The position numbers and the translations under genes are program-made. A DNA stretch of 64,000 bases. Source: a bacterium. GTDB taxonomy: Bacteria > UBA9089 > JASEGY01. The stretch covers positions 2,367 through 66,366 of the forward strand of contig JBFMHI010000003.1 of the NCBI GenBank assembly GCA_040753085.1, written 5' to 3'. Below the pieces are notes generated by a model. That model had not been told where the DNA came from. It saw only the letters and a list, made by a program, of their open reading frames with translations, and did not search any database. Positions 20,533 through 29,878 of the stretch are shown here, piece after piece (the first letter of the stretch is position 1; each line of letters begins with the position of its first letter).

Positions 20533-22179
20533 CTATTTAACCACGATTTCAGCTCCCTGAACGATAACCGTATCAATGCCAACCAAATTACCCGTTTCAT
20601 TTTTAACTTTCAGAAGCAGATCATCTCGGCTAATGCCTATGGCCGTTGTTCCTTTATTCTCTGCCTTAAAATTAATAATAGCTAATACCCCCGAACCGGA
20701 GACGCCGCTCATCTCCCCTTTTCGAGTAATGGCCAACTCAATGGTGCCTTTTTCGTTATCAGGCATGCCCAAAAAAACTACATCTTCGCCCAGAAATTCC
20801 CCTGGTTCGGCGCCTTTAGCGGTTATTACCTTCGGATCGAAGGCCGCCCTAAAGGAGGTCTGGAAGAGATTAGTTACTTTTTCTATGCGGACTTCCAGGG
20901 CAAACTGGTCGCCTACTTTAGCTTCCTTTGAGGCCGGAACTATTTTTAGGAGAGGAATGTCCTGGGAGGGGGCGATGGTGGCAAAGCTTCCCTCCTGCCG
21001 GACAAAAATTCCTTCGGCCTCCTGTGATTCGACCTTAAAGTAATAAGTAGTATCCGGCTCAAGGCCGGTCAAATTAACGACATGTGAAGTAGTTAACTGA
21101 GTTTCCTTCGGAATGGAGAGACCGAGTTGTGGAGTTTTACCATAGAAAACCTGGGTGGTGGCCGGACGGTTGGTGGCCCAAGTGATCTGGGCTGAATCTA
21201 CCGTGGGATGGGCCGATAGATTAGTGATGATTAGAAGGGTGGTAGTCCCCGGCTCCTTGGTCCTGAAGCTTCCTTCCTGGAAGGCCTTCTCTGCCTTGGC
21301 ATCCTCGGATTCGACCTCAAAATAATAAAGGGTATCCGACTCAAGTCCAGTCAAATTAACGGTATGCGAAGTAGTCAACTGAGTTTCCTTCGTAGTTGAA
21401 AGACCGAGTTGTGGAGTTTTACCATAAAAGACCTGGGTGGTGGCCGGACGGTTGGTTAACCAGGTGATCCGGGCTGAATCTACGGTTGAACTGGCCGATA
21501 GATTAGTGATGATTAAAGGAGTGGCCTCATCCGGCTCCCCGGTGGTGAAGTTCCCTTCCTTGAAGGCCGATTCTGCCTGGGCATCCCGGGATTCAACCTT
21601 GAAATAGTAGAGGGTCTTTGATTCAAGACCGGGCAAATTAACCGTATGAGAGATAGTTAGCTGAGTTTGCAGCGTGGTTGAGAGACCAAGCCCGGGGGTT
21701 TTGCCGTAAAAGACCTGAGTAGTAGCCGGGCGGTTAGTTAACCAGGTAATCCGGGCTGAATTCGAGGCGGGTGTAACCGAGAGGTCGGTAATAGCCAGAG
21801 GCTGAGGCTCAGTTGAGCCATAGGTGAAAGGTTTTGATTCGGAATTGGCCTCATTTCCCTCAGGGTCTTCTGACTTGGCTATGATATAGTAGGTAGCTCC
21901 CGCTTTAAGATCGGTCAATTCAACCCTGTGCTCTAAGGCATAATTTTTATGGGGGGCACTCAATCGGCCCACATTAGGAGATTCCCCATACCTGACCTGA
22001 CTGGTAGCCAGCTCGTTGGTCGCCCAACTGACCGCGGCCCCGTTAGCCAGAGGGGAGATATTGAGGTTAGAGATAACAGGTGCATTTACATCAGCCGAGG
22101 TGCCGGAATTAGAACTTTCCCCGCAGCCGGAGGGGAAAAGAATAGTAAGGATAAAAACCATCAAAAGTCGTCTGGACAT
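20533..22179 (-). CDS. lipoprotein with four ~95-aa FN3-like repeats and a C-terminal cohesin-like domain
   Basis: ATG at 22177-22179 (ORF-track TTG at 22194 less likely) with GGGGGTG 6 nt upstream; MSRRLLMVFILTILFPSGCG lipoprotein signal; repeats ITNLSA..TVDSARITWLTNRPATTQVFYGKTP; C-term ~140 aa KIVPASKEAKVGDQFALEVRIEKVTNLFQTSFRAAFDPKVI...SGSGVLAIINFKA has beta-sandwich pattern resembling type I cohesin. Confidence 0.75.
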   Translation of the reverse strand: MSRRLLMVFILTILFPSGCGESSNSGTSADVNAPVISNLNISPLANGAAVSWATNELATSQVRYGESPNVGRLSAPHKNYALEHRVELTDLKAGATYYIIAKSEDPEGNEANSESKPFTYGSTEPQPLAITDLSVTPASNSARITWLTNRPATTQVFYGKTPGLGLSTTLQTQLTISHTVNLPGLESKTLYYFKVESRDAQAESAFKEGNFTTGEPDEATPLIITNLSASSTVDSARITWLTNRPATTQVFYGKTPQLGLSTTKETQLTTSHTVNLTGLESDTLYYFEVESEDAKAEKAFQEGSFRTKEPGTTTLLIITNLSAHPTVDSAQITWATNRPATTQVFYGKTPQLGLSIPKETQLTTSHVVNLTGLEPDTTYYFKVESQEAEGIFVRQEGSFATIAPSQDIPLLKIVPASKEAKVGDQFALEVRIEKVTNLFQTSFRAAFDPKVITAKGAEPGEFLGEDVVFLGMPDNEKGTIELAITRKGEMSGVSGSGVLAIINFKAENKGTTAIGISRDDLLLKVKNETGNLVGIDTVIVQGAEIVVK

Positions 22180-22602
22180 AAATTGCACCCCCAATTTTGG
22201 TAACCGGTGATTAGGTACTCAGTAATAACCGATTAGCGCTTTTTCCCTCCCGATAACCTGTTACCGATAACCTGAGCCGTTACGTGGCGGCTAAAAAAAA
22301 AGCTTACCAGCGATAAGGTGACAAGGTTGCTCCTTCTCTTTTGGTAAGCCCGATTATTTTTTTGTCGGCAGCTTTTTAAAGTAGCCCTTTGATCAAGCGA
22401 CTGTTATAACCCCTGATCCCCCTCCCTTCAGGATACCTTTTCTCTCTCAAAGGAGACATCCTTGTCTTACTCGCTTTATCGACAGAACGATAAATAAACT
22501 TTAGGGTGATAATTAGCGGATTGAGGTAATATATAACTGATACGCCAAGCTATTCTGGATTATTCGCCTTTTTTGACCGAGGATAAGTTTCGCGACTTTG
22601 GA

Positions 22603-22649
22603 TAGGCTGAAGACTGACGTTCAATAGCCTTCAGCCTTCAGTCTGAGTA
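22603..22649. repeat. REP-like palindrome ggctgaagactgacgttcaatagccttcagccttcagtctga (GCTGAAGG family)
   Basis: inverted repeat read directly; related to 23651..23730, 27199..27296, 62517..62560. Confidence 0.6.
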
Positions 22650-22650
22650 A

Positions 22651-23613
22651 TTACGGACGGAGGTGGGTTTTCAAAAACGTCACGAGTTGGGGAAAGGATT
22701 TATTCTGGAAGGAATCCCCGAAGGCATGTCCATATTCCGGAAAGGTCACCAGTTTTACCGGCTTCCCCAGATGCAGCAATTCATTTCTGAGCATAAGGCT
22801 TTGGGTGATGGAAACTGTTCGGTCGTTCTCGCCGTGGAAGATCAAAACGGGCGCCGTTAGGAGGTCCAGATGGTAAAATGGCGAGCGGGCCTTAAAGATG
22901 GCCTCGACGGTGGATAAATTCAACCCCTGATTCAGAAACAGAACCAGTTCATCTTCGCGAAGGGAAAAACCGCCCAGTTGTCCGTAATAATTCACGAAGG
23001 CTTTGACGCGGCGGCCCAAAATTTCCGCCGACTGAAGGGCCAATCCGCCGCCCATGCTGTATCCAATAAGGCCCATCCTCTTGGCGTCAACTTTGGGATA
23101 CCTCGAAAGGGATACAAATGCCTGGACAATGTCGATGACTTCTCCTGGATAGGGGTAGGTATGCTGACCTTCCGAAGGGGGATACCCCCGATAATCGGGA
23201 ATGAAAACCACAAACCCTTCGGTGGCCAACGCCTCCAGCGTATCCCTCGTTCCCAATCCCTGAAAGTAACTCGCCGGCGGGTAATAGCCGTGGCATATCA
23301 CTACCGCCGGATAAGGCCCAGCCCCATTTTTGGGTATCGCCAATAGTCCAGAGGTGGTGATGTCCTCACTTCGATATCGAACGCTTTCGATTCTAAATTG
23401 GGGTGAATCTTCCACCACTCGGGCCACGGTTAGGGGGGTGGGCTGAAATTTCTTTTTTGATAGGGTTTCGATGGCCGCCTGTTCGAAGACTGGTGGAAGA
23501 CGGACCTTCCCAAGTTGGGGCGGCGTATCCTGGGCGGCGGTGGGAAAGGACGCACCCACCCCGTACCACATCAATATAAGTCCCGTGAATAAAAAGCGTT
23601 GTCTGCACATCAT
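22651..23613 (-). CDS. secreted alpha/beta-hydrolase (dienelactone hydrolase / S9-peptidase-like fold)
   Basis: signal peptide MMCRQRFLFTGLILMWYGVGASFPTAAQ; nucleophile elbow GYSMGGG, VICHGYY, FHGENDRTV, EYGHAF catalytic-triad context. Confidence 0.8.
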   Translation of the reverse strand: MMCRQRFLFTGLILMWYGVGASFPTAAQDTPPQLGKVRLPPVFEQAAIETLSKKKFQPTPLTVARVVEDSPQFRIESVRYRSEDITTSGLLAIPKNGAGPYPAVVICHGYYPPASYFQGLGTRDTLEALATEGFVVFIPDYRGYPPSEGQHTYPYPGEVIDIVQAFVSLSRYPKVDAKRMGLIGYSMGGGLALQSAEILGRRVKAFVNYYGQLGGFSLREDELVLFLNQGLNLSTVEAIFKARSPFYHLDLLTAPVLIFHGENDRTVSITQSLMLRNELLHLGKPVKLVTFPEYGHAFGDSFQNKSFPQLVTFLKTHLRP

Positions 23614-23650
23614 TCTTTTATGTTCTCTAAGTCTCTGTGATTCTGTAGGG

Positions 23651-23730
23651 GTGACTACTCAGGTAGATAGGCTGAAGGCTATTGAACTTCAGCCTTCAGC
23701 CTATCTACCTAATCAGTGGCTGAATAGTTA
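23651..23730. repeat. ~80-bp palindromic REP-like element gtgactactcaggtagataggctgaaggc-tattgaa-cttcagccttcagcctatctacct...ggctgaatagttac
   Basis: near-perfect inverted repeat; starts 38 nt upstream of hydrolase start codon. Confidence 0.65.
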
Positions 23731-23914
23731 CGATTTTTGGGATGGTTCACTTTACTGTGAAAGCTTGCGGCTGAGAGGTAGGGTGGGCACCGCCCACCAA
23801 AAAGGCGTAGATGGCGAACAGATTGGTGGGTAATGTCCACCCTACTTCTGCGGAAGGTTAACCGCGCCTAAAGTTTCACAAGAAAATGGATGATTTTGAA
23901 CCGTCCCCGATTTT

Positions 23915-24148
23915 TTAAAGTTTGTCGTATTCTTCCGGCTCTATATCTGCTACTTTAGCCATAGCCTTTTCAAATTTTTTCCTACTTCTTTTGGCTCTTT
24001 TTTCGAAATACTCGCCAGTAATTAATGCTGATACCTTCTCTGCAAGTGCCGTAGATATAAATTGGTTTATTGACACATGATCTTTCTTGACTAACTCACA
24101 AGCAATTTCATGCAATGAATCAGGCAATCTTAGGCTGAGCGTACTCAT
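23915..24148 (-). CDS. ribbon-helix-helix DNA-binding protein, HicB/Arc-family antitoxin-like
   Basis: MSTLSLRLPDSLHEIACELVKKDHVSINQFISTALAEKVSALITGEYFEKRAKRSRKKFEKAMAKVADIEPEEYDKL matches RHH antitoxin pattern SLRLP..LH..A...A..EGVS.NQFI..A.AEK.SAL....Y. Confidence 0.55.
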   Translation of the reverse strand: MSTLSLRLPDSLHEIACELVKKDHVSINQFISTALAEKVSALITGEYFEKRAKRSRKKFEKAMAKVADIEPEEYDKL

Positions 24149-24190
24149 TGATCACCCCAATAGGCCGCAATTTCAGCCGTTATGTCATTG

Positions 24191-24409
24191 TCACTCAAAG
24201 TTTGAATATGTGGCAAGGCTTGGGGTTTCTTTCAATAAGGCTTTCAAGTCTTGCACAGCAGCAGACCGACTTGCCTCGTGAGCAAGCAACAATACTTCGA
24301 CATATTGACCAGAGCGGAATGGGAGATTAGAGAGTATAACTCGCTGAGGATTCTCAATTACAAGATGTGTTCGATATGCTTGCATCATACCTCCTTCGTA
24401 TCTACTCAA
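24191..24409 (-). CDS. small hypothetical protein, possible TA partner (swapped-hairpin/DUF104-like pattern VIENPQRVILSN.LPFRSGQYVEVLL)
   Basis: strong RBS GAAGGAGG immediately upstream of tandem ATG ATG; 70 aa; function inferred weakly. Confidence 0.35.
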   Translation of the reverse strand: MSRYEGGMMQAYRTHLVIENPQRVILSNLPFRSGQYVEVLLLAHEASRSAAVQDLKALLKETPSLATYSNFE

Positions 24410-24521
24410 AATCAAGTTGAGAACTTGTCAATTGCGAGCCCGAACGGAGTGAGGAAGGGAGCAATCCGTCCTGTTTCGCCTTCGGCTTACAGTCTTCGCA
24501 TTACGACACAGCCTCTTCAAG

Positions 24522-24552
24522 GGTAACTACTCAACTTAGTTTTGAGTAGTTA
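24522..24552. repeat. hairpin gtaactactcaa-cttagttt-tgagtagttac (GTAACTACTCAG family)
   Basis: 11-bp perfect stem; same arm sequence recurs at 36607, 41074, 23651, 59741, 62517. Confidence 0.65.
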
Positions 24553-24561
24553 CCAACATCC

Positions 24562-24972
24562 TTACGATATTAAACTCATTCCCATCATTGGAAAATGACG
24601 ATCAAACCCAAATGCGTCATGAATGTTATAGCGTTGACACACAACAAAACTGGCACAATCAGTCAATGATAAGAGTGTTCTTTCATATTGACGAAATACA
24701 GCGATCGACTCTTGAAAAAGGTCGTGATCAATATACCCCACGCGTAAAATGCCTGTTTTACTCGTCAAGATGATAATATCCAGAAATCGAATGGCGATAT
24801 GATGACTGCTATCATACCTCAGTCGAGTCACAGTTTCGTTAAGAACATAATCTGTCGTGAGTAAATGGGCACGTTGTTGCTTCAACCGGTTATAGAGTCG
24901 ATTTACCTCTTTATGATAGTGATCGTGACTATCGGTCAGCGCGATCCACGCTCCTGTATCGACAAAAATCAT
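24562..24972 (-). CDS. vapC: PIN-domain ribonuclease toxin, VapC family
   Basis: MIFVDTGAWIAL...LLTTDYVLNETVTRL...SLTDCASFVVCQRYNIHDAFGFDRHF: PIN acidic residues in canonical positions; 4-nt ATGA overlap with upstream antitoxin gene. Confidence 0.85.
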   Translation of the reverse strand: MIFVDTGAWIALTDSHDHYHKEVNRLYNRLKQQRAHLLTTDYVLNETVTRLRYDSSHHIAIRFLDIIILTSKTGILRVGYIDHDLFQESIAVFRQYERTLLSLTDCASFVVCQRYNIHDAFGFDRHFPMMGMSLIS

Positions 24973-25196
24973 GCTGCATCCCTTGTATATAAAATCTTAT
25001 CATGATTTACTGAGGCATCCTCCCGATCGGTGTGACATAAGCCAATTATTTGATCAAGCAACGCATAGCCGTCAGTCTCTTCAGGGGGTTCGATCACTTC
25101 GATATCCACCCAAATTTTCTGTTGCGGCATCGTTTTCACGATATCGATCATGGGGATATATAACCCATCCTCTTGTTTAATTGCTTCAACTTTCAT
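24969..25196 (-). CDS. vapB: VapB-type antitoxin (DUF104/AbrB-like small protein)
   Basis: 75 aa, MKVEAIKQEDGLYIPM...IWVDIEVIEPPEE; translationally coupled to vapC. Confidence 0.6.
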   Translation of the reverse strand: MKVEAIKQEDGLYIPMIDIVKTMPQQKIWVDIEVIEPPEETDGYALLDQIIGLCHTDREDASVNHDKILYTRDAA

Positions 25197-25748
25197 ATAT
25201 CTACCCTCTCTCGTATAATATAAATTATGAACGCTCTCGGATAAAACCTGTTTTTGACAGGTTCAGAAGTTAACCTCTATTTATCCGATACTCCTCGATT
25301 ACTCGCGCTGGATCGGGTAGGTCAGGGGCCTTTCAGCCCCATTCCCCCCTAAGAACTGTACATGGAAGTTTCCCCACATACAGCTCAAGCATCTCAAAGG
25401 CGGCCCTTGTGGGACAGCCCGACTGTGATTATTCCTATCACAGCCTTTGCGATACGCATTTGCAGCCTTCTGACTTCCCGTTGAGCTTCCTTCCAGTTAC
25501 AGAAACATGCCGAGCACTCCTATAACTACTTGAATACACTCAGCTATGCGACATCGTGTCGCACCTAACGACAAAGCTCAGCGACGGGGGGAATGCGGCG
25601 GTGACTGAGCGGTGCGAGTGGAGGCGAGCTTGCTCGCCGAAGCGAGCATCCGTTCCAGCCGCTTGTTCGACGGTGCGAAGCGTCCGCTCGAACTATTTTT
25701 ATACAGTTCCGGATAAAAACCTGTAGACAGGCTCCGGTGATTGAGTCT

Positions 25749-27176
25749 TCATCCTTTGATCACGCCCATGGGTTTGAGCCTGGACACCAGACGGCCAATG
25801 CCGGCCCCATCAGTTACTTCAGCTACATCTTCGATATCCTTATACACCCCCGGTGCTTCCTCGGCAATTCCCTTCAGAGAGCCGCCTTTAACATAAATCT
25901 TCTCTTTTTCTAAATCTTCTTTGACCTGACTTCCCCTGAATTTTTTCAGGGCCGCGTGTCTGGAAAGGAGCCGGCCGGCCCCATGCGGGGTGCTGGCGAA
26001 GGTCTCAGCCGCGGCCTTATCGGTTCCAACTAAGAGATAAGAGGCAGTGCCCATACTACCCGGCAGGAGGATAGGCTGGCCGACTTTCTTATAAGCTTCG
26101 GGCACCTCCGGATGTCCCGGGCCAAAGGCCCTGGTAGCCCCCTTGCGATGGACATAGACAGACTTGCGCACACCATCAACTTCGTGTTCTTCCAGTTTGG
26201 CGATGTTGTGGGCCACATCGTAAACCATCCTTAGTTTAAGCCCCCCTCCAAAGACCTCCTGAAAGGCCTTACGAACATTGAAGGCAATAAGCTGGCGGTT
26301 CACCCAACCAAAGTTGGCCGCGGCACTCATAGCGGCGAAATAGTCTTCCGCCAGTTTTGTCCCCAGCGGGGCATAGATCAGTTCCCGATCAGGCAGAGTC
26401 GAAAGGAGATGCGAAAACTCGTCTTCCATTCGTCTCAAATAATCAGTGCAGACCTGATGACCTAATCCCCTGGAACCAGAATGAATCATCACCATTATCT
26501 GGTTTTGGTGCTCAATACCAAAGACCCGGGCAATGCCGGGATCATATATCTTATCCACATATTGCACCTCAATGAAATGATTCCCTGCCCCCAGGGTGCC
26601 TATCTGGTTCTTCCCCCGCTGTTTGGCTTTATTGGAAACCCTGTCCGCCCTGGCGCTCTGCATTGAACCGCCCTCTTCACAATGAGCCAGGTCTTCCTCA
26701 GTAGCATAACCGCGTTTTAAGGCCCATTTTGTTCCGGTATTTAAAAGCTCGTCCAGTTCGGCCTCCCTTATCCTTAGACCTGATTTCGAACCTACCCCCA
26801 CGGGAACATTTCTAAAAATGGCCTCAAGCAACTCCCTGATTTTAGACTCAACCTTGTCTTTACTTAGAGGAGTGGACAAAAGCCTTACCCCGCAATTAAT
26901 ATCGTATCCGATTCCCCCTGGTGAAATACAGCCTTCCTTCGCATCAAAGGCAGCCACACCACCAATAGGGAAGCCGTATCCCTGATGGGCATCAGGCATC
27001 ATAATGGACTGTTTCTGGATGCCTGGCAGCACAGCCACACTGGCCCCCTGCTGCAAGGCGTTGTCTTCCATTAGCTGGGGAAGCATCTTCTCTGAGGCAA
27101 ATAGCTTTAGCGGCACCTTCATCTGGCCGGTTGGTTCTACCATAAAGGTATATTGATCGATCTTCTTTGGCTTCAT
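25749..27176 (-). CDS. rtcB: RNA-splicing ligase RtcB (3'-phosphate/5'-hydroxyl RNA ligase)
   Basis: start taken at MKPKKIDQYTF (GAGGAGGAG RBS 4 nt upstream; ORF-track TTG extension to 27197 unlikely); motifs GYDINCGVR, HSGSRGLGHQVCTDY, NHF. Confidence 0.92.
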   Translation of the reverse strand: MKPKKIDQYTFMVEPTGQMKVPLKLFASEKMLPQLMEDNALQQGASVAVLPGIQKQSIMMPDAHQGYGFPIGGVAAFDAKEGCISPGGIGYDINCGVRLLSTPLSKDKVESKIRELLEAIFRNVPVGVGSKSGLRIREAELDELLNTGTKWALKRGYATEEDLAHCEEGGSMQSARADRVSNKAKQRGKNQIGTLGAGNHFIEVQYVDKIYDPGIARVFGIEHQNQIMVMIHSGSRGLGHQVCTDYLRRMEDEFSHLLSTLPDRELIYAPLGTKLAEDYFAAMSAAANFGWVNRQLIAFNVRKAFQEVFGGGLKLRMVYDVAHNIAKLEEHEVDGVRKSVYVHRKGATRAFGPGHPEVPEAYKKVGQPILLPGSMGTASYLLVGTDKAAAETFASTPHGAGRLLSRHAALKKFRGSQVKEDLEKEKIYVKGGSLKGIAEEAPGVYKDIEDVAEVTDGAGIGRLVSRLKPMGVIKG

Positions 27177-27198
27177 TTTTCTCCTCCTCTCTGGCAAT

Positions 27199-27296
27199 TA
27201 CTCAGGTGGATAGACTGAAGGCTGAAGGCTTTTAGGAATAAATACGGAGAGCAAATGATTGGACTTCAGTCTTCAGCCTTCAACCTATCTACCTGT
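27199..27296. repeat. REP-like palindrome ctcaggtggatagactgaaggctgaagg...cttcagtcttcagccttcaacctatctacctg immediately upstream of rtcB
   Basis: inverted repeat read directly; GCTGAAGG family. Confidence 0.65.
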
Positions 27297-27482
27297 AGAG
27301 TAGAGCACTGGCGCAGTAATAGATCTGTTCTTGGGCTTTCGTTGCACGCAACTACTAACGCTACAACAGTTATCCTGTTTCCAGCACCCCCTATCAAACC
27401 GTGCGTGAGGTTCTCCCTCACACGGCTTGCCGATAACTGAAACAGGGAGCAATTAATTGTCCCCACAAAAGCCGGTACGGAC

Positions 27483-27613
27483 GCTACGAATAAAAGTTAC
27501 AGACGGAAAGTATCAGGCTCGGACCTCAACGATGGCTGCTGGCCTTACCGATCACGTCTGGCCCCTTTCGGAATGGCTCACTCTACCTGCCGTTCAACGT
27601 AAGTAGAGCACCA
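27483..27613 (+). mobile_element. ~130-bp dispersed repeat, copy 1 of 2 (~85% identical to 46346..46476); conceptual translation ...MAAGLTDHVWPLSEWLTLPAVQRK* resembles a transposase C-terminus, so likely an IS-end/MITE remnant
   Basis: pairwise similarity seen directly between the two loci; no intact transposase ORF present. Confidence 0.5.
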
Positions 27614-27801
27614 AGCATTTTCCTTGGCACTTTCTATCATGCACTTTAACGATCACGCTCACCTGCTGCGGGGAGAATTACCATTAAACTCTATTAGCAA
27701 GATAAACCAGGATATTCCACAAAACTATTTCCAACACGCTCAGCCCCCGCAGTCAGGTGCAGCTAATGGTTAGGCAAAAAACTTCTCACTGCAATCCTCT
27801 T

Positions 27802-28107
27802 TTATGCCAGAACTTTTAAATATCTATCTATATCCATTGCACCATGAAACACTCCTAAATTATCAATCATTTTCTTATTTCTGATAAGATATGTAATACG
27901 GTAATGACCGTATAGCAATATTCTTATATCACCTTCAGGTTCTGATCTGTACTTGTATCCAATTTCTGGAAAATCTTTAAGAACCTGTGCCTTTCCATAA
28001 ATTCCTTTTACCACTCTCTGTGCAGCATTCACATTGTCTTGAGCAATATAGTTATAAATTTCTCTTAGCCAGTTTTCAGCCTCTGGAGTCCACTTTATTT
28101 TTGCCAT
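27802..28107 (-). CDS. RelE/ParE-family type II toxin
   Basis: MAKIKWTPEAENWLREIYNYIAQDNVNAAQRVV...DIRILLYGHYRITYLIRNKKMIDNLGVFHGAMD typical ParE/RelE fold signature. Confidence 0.85.
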   Translation of the reverse strand: MAKIKWTPEAENWLREIYNYIAQDNVNAAQRVVKGIYGKAQVLKDFPEIGYKYRSEPEGDIRILLYGHYRITYLIRNKKMIDNLGVFHGAMDIDRYLKVLA

Positions 28108-28280
28108 GACCGAAGGCGTTGCTCCATTTCCTCATTACTGATTATCCTGCCTTTGCGTGAATCTTCTAATCCTCGCTCAACCATTCGCTCAAATGCGAGT
28201 TCACGCATTATTTCTTCATAGGAAACATCTTCAGGCTGTTCTTGAATGATTTTTGTCATTACCTCTTTCACAGTAGTCAT
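28095..28280 (-). CDS. addiction-module antitoxin (CHP02574-like component partnered with RelE/ParE)
   Basis: 61 aa, EEIMRELAFERMVERGLEDSRKGRIISNEEMEQRL; overlaps toxin gene by 13 nt. Confidence 0.7.
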   Translation of the reverse strand: MTTVKEVMTKIIQEQPEDVSYEEIMRELAFERMVERGLEDSRKGRIISNEEMEQRLRSWQK

Positions 28281-28485
28281 ATTCCCTCTCCCTTCATATT
28301 TTATTCAACAAAATCTCCTGCCTGCCATACCCGACGTTCCAAAGCTGTTTTTTCGTAGTGAACTACCATCTGTTTCGCCTGTTCTGCCATGAGGTGTCGG
28401 CGCTCTGTGAGAGGCAACAGCATGAAATCCTGCTGCAGGGAAGACAAGTCTATCATTGGAGAAGAACCACAATTATCCATTACTG

Positions 28486-28920
28486 CTAAATGTCAAGCAC
28501 CACCTGGAGTGCCCATCCATTTTCATCTTCGCTGATAATCATCTCATTGTAAGTCACCGCCTTGACATGGCCGTGAATATCATAGCCTCTAAGGTTATCC
28601 CCTAACAAACCGGCTTCTAATCGGAAGCCACCACTTTCCTCACGAATGCTTATCTTGCCCACCCCGGCTAAGAGGAAATCCTCGGCATCTATCAAAAAGA
28701 GAAGTTCGGACAGGAAGTCAAACAGCAAAGACTCCTTTCTCCTGGCTTTAATGGAAACATTATGCTCTATCCGGGATTTAACCTTTTCAGGGTCAGTAAA
28801 GAGATTGAAAAGGGCCAAAGCGGCATTACCAAAGGCCTCCTCCAGGGTTTGACCGTAGGCCCGAAATTTGGCATCGGCGGTATGGGCTAAGTATTCGTAT
28901 CCTTTCTTTTTTCGATTCAT
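28486..28920 (-). CDS. archease (RtcB activator/chaperone)
   Basis: YEYLAHTADAKFRAYGQTLEEAFGNAALA archease N-terminal signature; ~144 aa. Confidence 0.85.
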   Translation of the reverse strand: MNRKKKGYEYLAHTADAKFRAYGQTLEEAFGNAALALFNLFTDPEKVKSRIEHNVSIKARRKESLLFDFLSELLFLIDAEDFLLAGVGKISIREESGGFRLEAGLLGDNLRGYDIHGHVKAVTYNEMIISEDENGWALQVVLDI

Positions 28921-28971
28921 AACCGTAACTAATGGTCTGTGACGATTGAAATTGTGGGTAAAGTCTTTTTA

Positions 28972-29019
28972 CCCCTCACCTTAATCCTCTCCCCTGAGGG
29001 GAGAGGGTAGGGTGAGGGG
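28972..29019. repeat. compound palindrome cccctcacc-ttaat-cctctcccc-tga-ggggagagg-gtag-ggtgagggg
   Basis: nested perfect stems; sits between archease start and stop of the coiled-coil gene; no U-tract on the transcribed side so not called a terminator. Confidence 0.6.
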
Positions 29020-29095
29020 GATTACCTCTACAAGAAACGAACACATCAAATCAATTGTCACAGAGCACTAACGTATCAGCCTAAAGGCTAAACCA

Positions 29096-29797
29096 TTATC
29101 CTATAAACTTAAAGATACTCATAATAATAGTAAGAATTACCGCCCAAAAGGACATCCCCCCAACTATCCATTTAGCCTGGTTGGCCATCTTACCCTCAAG
29201 ACCGGCTACCATTTTAGCTACTTCCACTATTTGGTGATGCAGACCGTCTATTCGACCATTTATCTGGTTTATTCGATCATTCATCTGCTCATTTATTTTG
29301 TTTGCTTGACCAGTTATCTGATCTATTCGACCATTTAGCTGATCATTTATTTTGTTTGCTTGACCAGTTATCTGATCTATTCGACCATTTAGCTGATCAT
29401 TCATTTTGTTTACTTGACCAGTTATCTGATCTATTCGACCATTTAGCTGATCATTCATTTTGTTTACTTGACCAGTTATCTGATCATTCATTTTGTTTAC
29501 TTGACCAGTTATCTGGTCATTCATTTCAGTTATTTGATTTTTTATTTCGTCATTCATTCTCGTTATTCGATCATTTGTCTGATCTATTCGCCTGTTTATC
29601 TGGTCGGTTAACTGGTCTACTCTATCGTTTAGTTTGGTAAGCCGAGTGTCAAGGATTTCCCATTGAAACCCGAGTTCCTTTTTTGTCACTCCCCTCTTTT
29701 CTACTTCTTCTATAGCTATTTCTTGCATAGTGTGGAAAAGGTCTTCCGTAAGCTCTTCTCCAAACTTTTCTCTAATCCTGAACGGAACAGTGGCCAT
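29096..29797 (-). CDS. tail-anchored coiled-coil protein with internal 11- and 18-residue repeats (MNDQITGQVNK / MNDQLNGRIDQITGQVNK) and C-terminal TM helix
   Basis: start at MATVPFRIREKF (AAAGGAGGAG RBS 6 nt upstream; ORF-track start 29827 less likely); DNA carries 54-bp and 33-bp tandem repeats at ~29250-29560; C-term WIVGGMSFWAVILTIIMSIFKFIG. Confidence 0.7.
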   Translation of the reverse strand: MATVPFRIREKFGEELTEDLFHTMQEIAIEEVEKRGVTKKELGFQWEILDTRLTKLNDRVDQLTDQINRRIDQTNDRITRMNDEIKNQITEMNDQITGQVNKMNDQITGQVNKMNDQLNGRIDQITGQVNKMNDQLNGRIDQITGQANKINDQLNGRIDQITGQANKINEQMNDRINQINGRIDGLHHQIVEVAKMVAGLEGKMANQAKWIVGGMSFWAVILTIIMSIFKFIG

Positions 29798-29878
29798 AAT
29801 TCTCCTCCTTTCTGATAACCAGCGCAACCTCTTTTTTTTACATTATAAACCTTCCAAAGAGATTTTGCAAGGTAAAAA

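Noticed and set aside
28972-29019. Intrinsic terminator call for the compound GC palindrome after the coiled-coil gene
   Set aside because: The T-run lies on the wrong side of the stem for either strand, so it is listed as a palindrome only
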